Shown piece by piece: positions 56,466 through 64,000 of a stretch of DNA of 64,000 bases. Location: positions 62,077 through 126,076 of the forward strand of contig JAZONE010000101.1 of the NCBI GenBank assembly GCA_045654325.1, read 5' to 3'. The notes beneath the pieces were generated by a model. It was not told the origin of the DNA. It ran no database searches and worked only from the letters and a program-made list of their open reading frames with translations. A program made the position numbers and the translations under genes. Every line of letters starts with the position of its first letter. Position 1 is the stretch's first letter. The DNA comes from Akkermansia sp. (GTDB lineage Bacteria > Verrucomicrobiota > Verrucomicrobiia > Verrucomicrobiales > Akkermansiaceae).

Positions 56466-59400
56466 TTAAGGTTCTGCGGCAACGAGATTATTGTCATTGA
56501 GTGTTCCATATTCGTAATGCTTGAAGTTCTCGACCTGAGCCAGCACCTTGTTGAATATCTCCTCACTCCATTCCGGCGGATATCCGGCCTTGTAAATGGT
56601 CTTCAGTAGATTGCTGGCCAGCTTGCTCTTCAGATTCTCGTTATTGAGCCAGTCTGCATAAAGGGCAGTATCAGAAATCAGCTCGTTAATCTTGCGGGCA
56701 AGGTCAATGCAACGGGAATCTTCGTACTCGAATCCGTGTTTATCTCGGAGCTCTACGAGAATATCATAGAAGGCTTTTTCCTCGAACGTGATACCGAGCT
56801 TGCGGAACTCTGCTTTGTCTGTGTTCAGGCTACGGAACAATTCCAAAAGCTGCTCGGTAAGGGATTTGACTTTTTCTTCCACCACTGTGCTAACTGCATC
56901 GACTGTATCTCTGGCCACTTTGTTGGTGAAATCCAGCTTGTCGCGGGTGTTGTATTCGTCTATGGTCTGGGACAGCAGCTTTTCGTAGTGCTCAGCTCGC
57001 ACCTTGTTGATCCGGCCATATTCCTTGATAGCTCGATTGAGTAGTTTCACCAACATCTGGAACTTGGTACAGGGCAGCTTCACATTCTCCAATTCCTGTA
57101 AGAACTTCTTTTCGTAGATGTTTTCCTCAACAGAAGCCAGCTCCATGACATTCTCCACACCGCCACACATGATGGCTTCTCGCACCATCTGCTCTACGGC
57201 TTTGTTCATGGTGGTCACGTCCAGATGAGTGTCGGTGATTTTGCTCAGGAAAGCACATATTCCCATGAAGCATTGGCTCCATGCAGTTTCTTCATCTGAG
57301 AGAACTCCGGCAGGGCTGCAAATGGAATATGCGCTTTTCAGACGGCGCACATGCCCCTTAAAGCTCGTCTCGAAAGAAGTCTTACCCGTCTCCTTGACAC
57401 TATTTGCAAGGATGTATTCGGCTGCAGTCTGGAGGAACATAAGGCGAGCCAGAGCATTGTCCCCAAAGAAAGGAGCAAAATCCACCGCGCTGAGCATCTT
57501 CCGCAAGATATCTAACTGATTAGCCACGACATCGTGAGCAGCTTGGATATCTTCCACCTTGGTGCCTCCGTCACCGCCATACCTCTTCATGGCCTCTTTC
57601 ATGTTTTCTCGGATGCCTATGTAGTCCACCACATAGCCATATTCCTTCCCCTTGTATACGCGGTTCACGCGGCTGATGGTCTGGATAAGTGTGTGCTTCT
57701 GGAGCGGCTTGTAATTGTACAGCATCGTCAGGGGCGGAGCGTCAAAGCCGGTAATCCACATATCAACCACGATAGCTATGCGGAAATTGGAGGTTTCGCT
57801 CTTATACTCTCTATCCAGCATTTTGCGCCGCTTGTCATCCCCCAGGACCTCAATCATATCCTTGGGGTCATCTGGTCCGGTAGTAGCTACCACGTTGACA
57901 AAAGGCACAGCTGTGAGCTTTTTCAGTTCCTCTGCACTGAGACCTTCTTCATTCAAGGTCTTCACGGGTTTGCACCATTCCGGCTTAAGCTCCTTAATGA
58001 TGTTGTAGAGTTTCACAGCTATGTGGCGTTCGCTGCATGTCACCATGGCCTTCAGTAAGCAATCCGGCTGTTCATCGCAGCGGCGTTCATAGTCGAGAAT
58101 GATATCCGTTGCCAAGCGGCGCAGTATGTCCTCATCCCCTAGCAGTACATCCATACTGCTCATGGCCTTCTTGCTCTTATCCACATCCTCCGGTTTTGCG
58201 CCATCAGTTTCGCATTGCTTGTAGTATTCCTCCACCTTGCGGGCCTGTTCGCTGTTCAGGAATACACGAATCAGTCGAGGGTCATATTTGATGGGCACGG
58301 TGATGCCGTCTTCCTGCGATTGCAACATGGTGTATTTATCCACCACTTCACCGAATACATGGATAGTCTCATCAATGGGGGTACCGGTGAATCCCACATA
58401 CGTGGCATTGGGCAAAGCATCGCGCAAATACTTGGCAAATCCGTACGAGATAAAGGCTCCCAGATTCTCCGTGTTGCCGGAGGCATCCTGTTTGTCCCGA
58501 ATGACCAGCTTGCTCCCCGTGTTGGTCTGGGTACGGTGTGCCTCATCGCTCAGGCAAATGATATCTGCTCGGTCACTGAGCAGGCCAGTCGATTCTGTGA
58601 ACTTCTGGACGGTAGTCACGTAGAAGCCGCCGCCCTTGTTGGTCGTCAATTCAGTGGACAAGTCTTCACGATTCTTGATGGTGCGCACGGAGTTGCTACC
58701 CAGATACTCTGTGGATTTGCTGAATTGCTTGTCTGCCTGATTCTCCAGATCTTCTCGGTCTACGATGAGCAGAATCGTGGGATTCCCGAGGTGTTGCTTG
58801 CTTCGCATGGCCAGCAGGCGCGACAGGAACAACATGGTGTAGGTTTTGCCGCAGCCCGTTGCGCCGAAATAGGTACCTCCCTTACCGTCACCGCCAACGC
58901 TCCGCAGGTGCTGTAATACATGCGCCTGCAATTTCTTGGCTGCAAAGAATTGAGGATAACGGCATACGATTTCTATCGCCTTTCCTTCTTCTCCGGGTGC
59001 CGTGTCCGGGAAATAAACAAAATCGCGTAATATTTCCAGTATGCGGGGCGGCGTCAACGCACCTTGAATAAGAGATTGGAGCTCGCCCACGCCCTTGGAT
59101 GGCGTGTCCTCGTTTTTTACCTTCTTCCAGGCGTAGAAATACTCGTAGTTGGTCACGGTGTTGCCCAGTCGAGAATTGCTGCCATCGCTGATACAGGCCA
59201 AGGCGCAATACTTGAGCAGCAACGGGATGTCGCGGCGATAACGCACGGTAATCTGTGTATGCGCATCGCGGATGGTTGCATTCGCATCCGTGGGATTCTT
59301 CAGTTCAAATATACAGACGGGGATGCCATTGATGAAAAGCAACACATCCGGAATACGCACCTGCTGGCCTTGCAGCATTTCAAATTGATTGACGACTCGG

Positions 59401-59759
59401 AAATAGTTGCGTTCCGGGTGGTCAAAGTCGATGTATTCCAGTTTGAGCGGCAGAGCTCCGGGATAGGAAGGCGAGAAGTCGAAGCCTTCCCTGTATAAAT
59501 TGACTGTTTTCTTCAGCGTAGAGTAATCGCTGGTGCCGCTGACATTCTGAATATTGGCGATAATTTGGCGGAAATCACTCTCGGTCAAGCCCTCGCTTTC
59601 GTAGCGGTCATGAAGATACAGGGTCAAGTCTTCCAACAGCAGCGGTTCTGTGATTTTTCGGTTCTGCAAATCACTGCCATGGGTATAATCCCAACCAGCT
59701 TGCTGCAGGAGCTCTACGACTGATTTCTCGTACTCGCTTTCGTAAAATTTACCTTTCAT
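56466..59759 (-). CDS. hsdR: Type I restriction endonuclease subunit R
   Basis: PDVLLFINGIP..FELKN nuclease motif, GATGCGKT, DEAHR, FTGTP, MWITGFD and QTISRVNR. Confidence 0.96.
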   Translation of the reverse strand: MKGKFYESEYEKSVVELLQQAGWDYTHGSDLQNRKITEPLLLEDLTLYLHDRYESEGLTESDFRQIIANIQNVSGTSDYSTLKKTVNLYREGFDFSPSYPGALPLKLEYIDFDHPERNYFRVVNQFEMLQGQQVRIPDVLLFINGIPVCIFELKNPTDANATIRDAHTQITVRYRRDIPLLLKYCALACISDGSNSRLGNTVTNYEYFYAWKKVKNEDTPSKGVGELQSLIQGALTPPRILEILRDFVYFPDTAPGEEGKAIEIVCRYPQFFAAKKLQAHVLQHLRSVGGDGKGGTYFGATGCGKTYTMLFLSRLLAMRSKQHLGNPTILLIVDREDLENQADKQFSKSTEYLGSNSVRTIKNREDLSTELTTNKGGGFYVTTVQKFTESTGLLSDRADIICLSDEAHRTQTNTGSKLVIRDKQDASGNTENLGAFISYGFAKYLRDALPNATYVGFTGTPIDETIHVFGEVVDKYTMLQSQEDGITVPIKYDPRLIRVFLNSEQARKVEEYYKQCETDGAKPEDVDKSKKAMSSMDVLLGDEDILRRLATDIILDYERRCDEQPDCLLKAMVTCSERHIAVKLYNIIKELKPEWCKPVKTLNEEGLSAEELKKLTAVPFVNVVATTGPDDPKDMIEVLGDDKRRKMLDREYKSETSNFRIAIVVDMWITGFDAPPLTMLYNYKPLQKHTLIQTISRVNRVYKGKEYGYVVDYIGIRENMKEAMKRYGGDGGTKVEDIQAAHDVVANQLDILRKMLSAVDFAPFFGDNALARLMFLQTAAEYILANSVKETGKTSFETSFKGHVRRLKSAYSICSPAGVLSDEETAWSQCFMGICAFLSKITDTHLDVTTMNKAVEQMVREAIMCGGVENVMELASVEENIYEKKFLQELENVKLPCTKFQMLVKLLNRAIKEYGRINKVRAEHYEKLLSQTIDEYNTRDKLDFTNKVARDTVDAVSTVVEEKVKSLTEQLLELFRSLNTDKAEFRKLGITFEEKAFYDILVELRDKHGFEYEDSRCIDLARKINELISDTALYADWLNNENLKSKLASNLLKTIYKAGYPPEWSEEIFNKVLAQVENFKHYEYGTLNDNNLVAAEP

Positions 59760-59777
59760 TTCCTGACAATGGGGTAG

Positions 59778-60908
59778 TTAGTAATGAATAGCTTTTTGTA
59801 TCAACGCCGGAGCTACCGCCTTGCGGAGCTTCTCTGCTTCGGTGGAGATGGCTTTGCTTTCCTTGGCGCATTTGAAAATATCGACAATGGCTTGCTGCAC
59901 TTCTATAGGGGGTACAGGTATCTGAACCTGTAGCATGTTTTCCCAGTTAAAGAATTCTGTCGCACTTCCCCATGAGTCCCAGCGAACATAGCGGTCAAAC
60001 TCATCCCTTTTGAAACACAAATATAGATATTCAGGCAACAATTCTTCGTTATTAGTCACTCTGAACATCACATAATCATTGGTGAAGAGGAGAGGTTCGG
60101 CCCCGTCATTGAATCCTAGTCCCAATCGTTCTCCATTACGGGTTGTTCTACGGTTGAAAACAAACTCGTGATGCCAAAGGACAAGGAAAGAAGAAAAATC
60201 GCGACCTGTTACATTAGCCCTCGTCTTTATCACTTCTTTGGTATTAGAAACACCCCTAACAGATTTTATATCGAACTTACCATCTGTATTATAACGCTCA
60301 ACTCTTTCAATAAGCCCGGTGCCTAATTTACGAAGGGGATATTCCTCCCTCAATTTTTTGAGGTAACTCATGCACAGCCCCATGAGCGGCTCTGCTTGGG
60401 CATCATTGTCAACTTTGAGACCGTTGAGCCCCTCCCAAACATCGACAAGCTGCCGCTGAATCTCGATATCCGGAACCGGGATTTCAATATCAAGTAAACG
60501 AGATTCAGGTAAGTTGCCTCGAATGGAAGAATCTGTACAAAACCATGTGTATCTATCCGTCTCCTGCCTACATAGATATAAGTACAGATAATAAGGGATG
60601 ACAAGTGCCTCCATGTCCTTTTTTACTCTGAAAACATAATACGCGGGCGTTATAACCAAATTTCTACCGGTATCATTATAAGCCAAAGGAATTCGCTCAT
60701 CTCGTCCAATATGCATGAGATTGCAAGCGAAGCAGCTTTCTGGTACAACTTGGTATTTAGTTGTATCTACCCCGGAAAGATTTGCGCGAGTGGGAATAAA
60801 GGAATGATTGATATCAACACCTACCACTTCCGGATTCGGTTCGCCACAGCGAATCCGGACAGGCTCAATTATTGAACCTAATTTATAAGCCTTAAGATTA
60901 ACTCTCAT
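59778..60908 (-). CDS. hsdS: Type I R-M specificity subunit S
   Basis: Two TRDs each ending in IPVP.IE.Q; overlaps the hsdM stop (ATGA-type coupling); lower GC than neighbours. Confidence 0.92.
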   Translation of the reverse strand: MRVNLKAYKLGSIIEPVRIRCGEPNPEVVGVDINHSFIPTRANLSGVDTTKYQVVPESCFACNLMHIGRDERIPLAYNDTGRNLVITPAYYVFRVKKDMEALVIPYYLYLYLCRQETDRYTWFCTDSSIRGNLPESRLLDIEIPVPDIEIQRQLVDVWEGLNGLKVDNDAQAEPLMGLCMSYLKKLREEYPLRKLGTGLIERVERYNTDGKFDIKSVRGVSNTKEVIKTRANVTGRDFSSFLVLWHHEFVFNRRTTRNGERLGLGFNDGAEPLLFTNDYVMFRVTNNEELLPEYLYLCFKRDEFDRYVRWDSWGSATEFFNWENMLQVQIPVPPIEVQQAIVDIFKCAKESKAISTEAEKLRKAVAPALIQKAIHY

Positions 60909-62523
60909 AGCCCAAAGTCTTGAATGCTGCGATTAACTTTTGCTGATTTTCAGACTGTCGCTTAATAATCACAGACGACTGAACTCCGATATCTTGAAGC
61001 ACCGAATCGAAATCCAAGGCTTCGTCCCGGTCAACGAACTCAATATATCGGCTGGGTGCAAGGCTCCAGTTCTTTTCTTCCACCTCCTTGATTCCGGCAG
61101 AATAGTATAACTCCGGGCTGGCATAAGTCGCAGGCTTGCCTGCGTTTTCCAGCATTTGCCAGTTGTGGTAGATTCGGCAAACCGCTTCTATCTGTTCGGG
61201 AATGAACTCGACATATTTCTTCTCGTATAAGTTGGTATTCCAAGTGCGGAGGTCTACGAAAAGAAACTCATGTTCGCGGTTGCGAAGCTGGCGACCATGC
61301 CACTTGCCACCCTTCTTGTTGTTGTTCAGAATCCAGAGAGTGACGCTGATATCTGTGGAGTAGAACATATTTCGGGGCAATACGATGATGGCCTCCACCT
61401 TGTCATTCTCCAGCAGCTTGCGACGGATGGCAAGCGTATCACTATCATCCAGCGCACCATTGGCCAGCAGGAACCCTGCGACACCGTGCCGGGCATCCAG
61501 CTTGGAAAGCATGTGCAGAATCCAGGCATAGTTGGCATTGCTGTCCGGCGGTGTACCATAGTCACCCCATCTTGGGTCATCATCCAGTTGAGAGCTCCAG
61601 TATTTCTTCAGATTGAAAGGCGGATTCGCCATAATGTAGTCCATCCGCTTGTCCTTATGGTGGTCATTCGTAAACGTGGATGCCGCCTTATCTCCAAGGT
61701 GGTAAGAAATGCCACGCACAGCCAGATTCATCTTGGCCAGACGGAAGGTACTGGGTTCGGACTCCTGCCCGTAAACGGTCACATTCTGAGTGTTGCCGCC
61801 GTGAGCCTCGATGAACTTGGTACTTTGTACGAACATGCCACCGGAGCCACAGCACGGATCATAGATTGTGCCATCGAAAGGCTCTATCAGAGAAGCAATC
61901 AGTTCCACGATACTATGCGGCGTGTAGAACTCTCCCTCCTCCTTGTCGGCATTGATGGAGAAGGCTTGTAGGAAATACTCATATACGCGTCCGATGAGGT
62001 CCTTTTCCGTGAACTTGGCAGGGTCAATACGATTGATATCATCTACTACCGACTTGATGACACCGGGCTCCAATGCCGTTTTAGTGAAAATCTGCTGAGG
62101 CAATGCATTGCGGAGCTTTTCCTCATTTTGTTCGAGCTTGGCAATCGCCGTATCGAAAGCCACTGCCATATTGCGGGATTCAGTCTTTACCAATTCACTC
62201 CACAGGCATTCATCTGGTAAGAAGAAGATACCTGCTTGCTTGTAGAAGGAGGCCGTTTTTACGGCAATATCTGCGAATTCGGAATCGTCCTTATTCTCTT
62301 CCAAGATTTCAGCCTTGCGGGCATTGAATCGGTCCCCAATGAACTTGAGGAATACCAGGGTAAGGAGTAGATCTCGCTTATCTGTCATGGGTGCGCGACC
62401 ACGCAAGTGGTTGCGACAGCTGAAAAGAATGTCCTCGAGACGTTCTTCTTTTACAGAGGCTGATCTCTTACTATTTGTATTCTTAGAGGTTTTTGAGTTG
62501 TTTTCAACTGGTAGTTTAGCCAT
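60898..62523 (-). CDS. hsdM: Type I R-M methyltransferase subunit M
   Basis: GEFYTP, YDPCCGSGGM, YGQE, ANPPF (m6A motif IV) and ANYAWI. Confidence 0.97.
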   Translation of the reverse strand: MAKLPVENNSKTSKNTNSKRSASVKEERLEDILFSCRNHLRGRAPMTDKRDLLLTLVFLKFIGDRFNARKAEILEENKDDSEFADIAVKTASFYKQAGIFFLPDECLWSELVKTESRNMAVAFDTAIAKLEQNEEKLRNALPQQIFTKTALEPGVIKSVVDDINRIDPAKFTEKDLIGRVYEYFLQAFSINADKEEGEFYTPHSIVELIASLIEPFDGTIYDPCCGSGGMFVQSTKFIEAHGGNTQNVTVYGQESEPSTFRLAKMNLAVRGISYHLGDKAASTFTNDHHKDKRMDYIMANPPFNLKKYWSSQLDDDPRWGDYGTPPDSNANYAWILHMLSKLDARHGVAGFLLANGALDDSDTLAIRRKLLENDKVEAIIVLPRNMFYSTDISVTLWILNNNKKGGKWHGRQLRNREHEFLFVDLRTWNTNLYEKKYVEFIPEQIEAVCRIYHNWQMLENAGKPATYASPELYYSAGIKEVEEKNWSLAPSRYIEFVDRDEALDFDSVLQDIGVQSSVIIKRQSENQQKLIAAFKTLGYES

Positions 62524-62744
62524 TTAATCTGTAACCCTTCCTTGCGGAAGTGTACAGTATTTTGAAAGATGTACCCTTAATTGGTCGATTTTGTAATTGG
62601 GACTTCTGTGTCTGGAGGAATTCAGTACCGAGGGTGACTATTTCGTTGTTGGTAAGGGTTAGAGTCGTTAATATTAATTCATCAAGCAAAATCATACAGA
62701 TTTTTCTTTTTGGTGCTTGCTACATCTTTCAAAATGCTACCACT

Positions 62745-63731
62745 ATGAATAGACGAACAATAAACAAGATGATGATGGAGCTGCCGCTGGATGGCTTGGA
62801 TGCTGCGCGGCTGGTGATGGAGTGTGTGGAGGGGCTGGGGGCGCGTGCGGAGGGATTGCACAGGGTGGAGCTCATGGAGCTGGTGCGGCGGGTGATGCGG
62901 GAGGGGATAGCGGCGGTGCAGGCGGCGGAGCGGACGGTGCCTTTTGAACAGGCGGCGTGGGAGAGCGTGCAGGCACGGGCAGGGCGGCGACCTACCACAA
63001 CGCGTGATTTGCGGCATTATGTGCGCAGGATGCTGAAGAATGAACAATTTGCGCAGCTGCCGCTGCGGGCGGTGACGGTGGGGCAATGCCGGGAGATGCT
63101 CCAGGCGGCATTTGGCCACAGCGCGCACAGCTACCGCAAGGCGAGGGCGATTCTGCACAGTATCTTTGCCTATGGGCAGCGCCGGGAGTGGTGCGATGGG
63201 AACCCTGTGGCGCGTATTGAGGTGCCGCAGGTGGTGGAGCAGCCGATTTTGCCGCTGAGCAATGAGGAGGTGGGGCGCCTGCGGGAGACGGTGGAGCGGA
63301 GGCGTTTCCGCGATATGCGCTTTTCGCTGAGCCTGTTGCTTTACAGCGGCGTGCGTCCCGCGGAGGTGGAGCGATTGCGCCCCGAGGATGTGTGCTGGGA
63401 AGAGCGGCAGGTTATCATCCGCCCGCAGCGCAGCAAGACCGGCGGCGGGCGCGTGGTGCCGCTACGCGCGCTGCCCGGCATGCGCGCGCAGGATTGCCGC
63501 GTGCCCCGCAACTGGCAGAAGCACTGGCGGGAGCTGCGCCGCGCCGCCGGCTTCACCCGCTGGACGCCGGATGTGTGCCGCCACTCGTTTGCCAGCTACC
63601 ACGCCGCGCATTTCAGGAACCTGCCGGAGCTGCAGCTGGAGATGGGTCACCGCGATTTATCCTTATTGCGCAGCAGGTACATGGCTCCGACATCGCGAAA
63701 AGAGGCGCGGGTATTCTGGGGAAAACAATGA
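62745..63731 (+). CDS. Tyrosine recombinase / integrase
   Basis: GVRPAE (R), SKTG (K), DVCRHSFASY (xxxR), MGH and C-terminal RY (Y). Start taken at ATG 62745. Confidence 0.9.
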   Translation: MNRRTINKMMMELPLDGLDAARLVMECVEGLGARAEGLHRVELMELVRRVMREGIAAVQAAERTVPFEQAAWESVQARAGRRPTTTRDLRHYVRRMLKNEQFAQLPLRAVTVGQCREMLQAAFGHSAHSYRKARAILHSIFAYGQRREWCDGNPVARIEVPQVVEQPILPLSNEEVGRLRETVERRRFRDMRFSLSLLLYSGVRPAEVERLRPEDVCWEERQVIIRPQRSKTGGGRVVPLRALPGMRAQDCRVPRNWQKHWRELRRAAGFTRWTPDVCRHSFASYHAAHFRNLPELQLEMGHRDLSLLRSRYMAPTSRKEARVFWGKQ

Positions 63732-63918
63732 TGACGGCAACGCTGGAGCGAACTACGAACAGAGGGGAGGCTTCTCACCACCAAACTAACGACTCATCTG
63801 CACAACAAGGTATTCCTATAGGAATGATGAATGTGGGGCGTCCGCCGTCGCCCTTTGGGCACAAGGGGGAGGATTTTCCCAAATGGCGGGTGAGGGATAG
63901 CTGTAGAGCTGAAGGAAA

Positions 63919-63990
63919 ACGAAATCCGGCATTTCATGCCGGACGAAATCCACGCTGCGCGTGGACCCGTCTTCGGTAAACCTACGCCGT
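63919..63990. repeat. Cluster of REP-like hairpins
   Basis: ACGAAATCC direct repeat (63919 and 63943), each opening a hairpin (TCCGGCAT/ATGCCGGA; TCCACGC/GCGTGGA), then minus-strand GGCGTAGGT-tt-ACCGAAGACGG. Confidence 0.55.
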
Positions 63991-64000
63991 GGCAGGCGAT

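Larger units (their letters stand above)
53340..64000. mobile_element. Accessory/defence island (Type I R-M, two unknown genes, tyrosine recombinase); right end not determined
   Basis: Abrupt change from very C-rich codons to AT-richer DNA after the sufS stop, R-M cargo and an adjacent integrase. Confidence 0.7.

Noticed and set aside
62550-62744. N-terminal extension of the integrase in the ORF track (GTG start at 62550)
   Set aside because: AT-rich, non-protein-like region that probably holds divergent promoters. ATG 62745 fits the composition change better.
59778-63731. Possible hsdS phase-variation shufflon driven by the integrase
   Set aside because: Only one hsdS and no silent TRD cassettes or flanking inverted repeats are visible in the window.
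1-64000. tRNA, rRNA, CRISPR array, reverse transcriptase or IS transposase
   Set aside because: No cloverleaf, regularly spaced repeat array, YxDD reverse transcriptase or DDE transposase was recognised by eye.

Overview
Gene-dense bacterial chromosome segment, most likely from an Akkermansia-like Verrucomicrobia. This taxonomy is inferred from gene content and protein styles, not from a search. Positions 1-53340 are mostly core genes: an ECF sigma factor fragment, purM-purF, nusA-infB-rbfA-AsmA-like-cls, an amino-acid ABC transporter, asnS-lpxK, DUF1015-serA, pyrD, tsaA, a tryptophanase-like lyase, nadD, cobA/hemD-hemA, cstA, a class A PBP and sufS, plus many lineage-specific secreted or membrane proteins. 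From about 53340 the sequence becomes more AT-rich and carries an accessory island: two uncharacterised genes, a complete Type I R-M system (hsdM-hsdS-hsdR) and a tyrosine recombinase. The main leads are (i) a PurF lacking its glutaminase catalytic residues but with an intact PRTase domain, (ii) a class A PBP with a degenerate transpeptidase site, (iii) two unknown genes next to the Type I R-M, one apparently frameshifted from an N-terminal TPR/SEL1-like peptide, (iv) a stand-alone ~100 nt sRNA candidate, (v) a lipoprotein with a histone-like tail behind a structured leader, (vi) an AsmA-like gene coupled to cardiolipin synthase, and (vii) a recurrent loop-E-like REP hairpin. No rRNA, tRNA or CRISPR array was seen. 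All family calls come from reading motifs by eye; no database was run.
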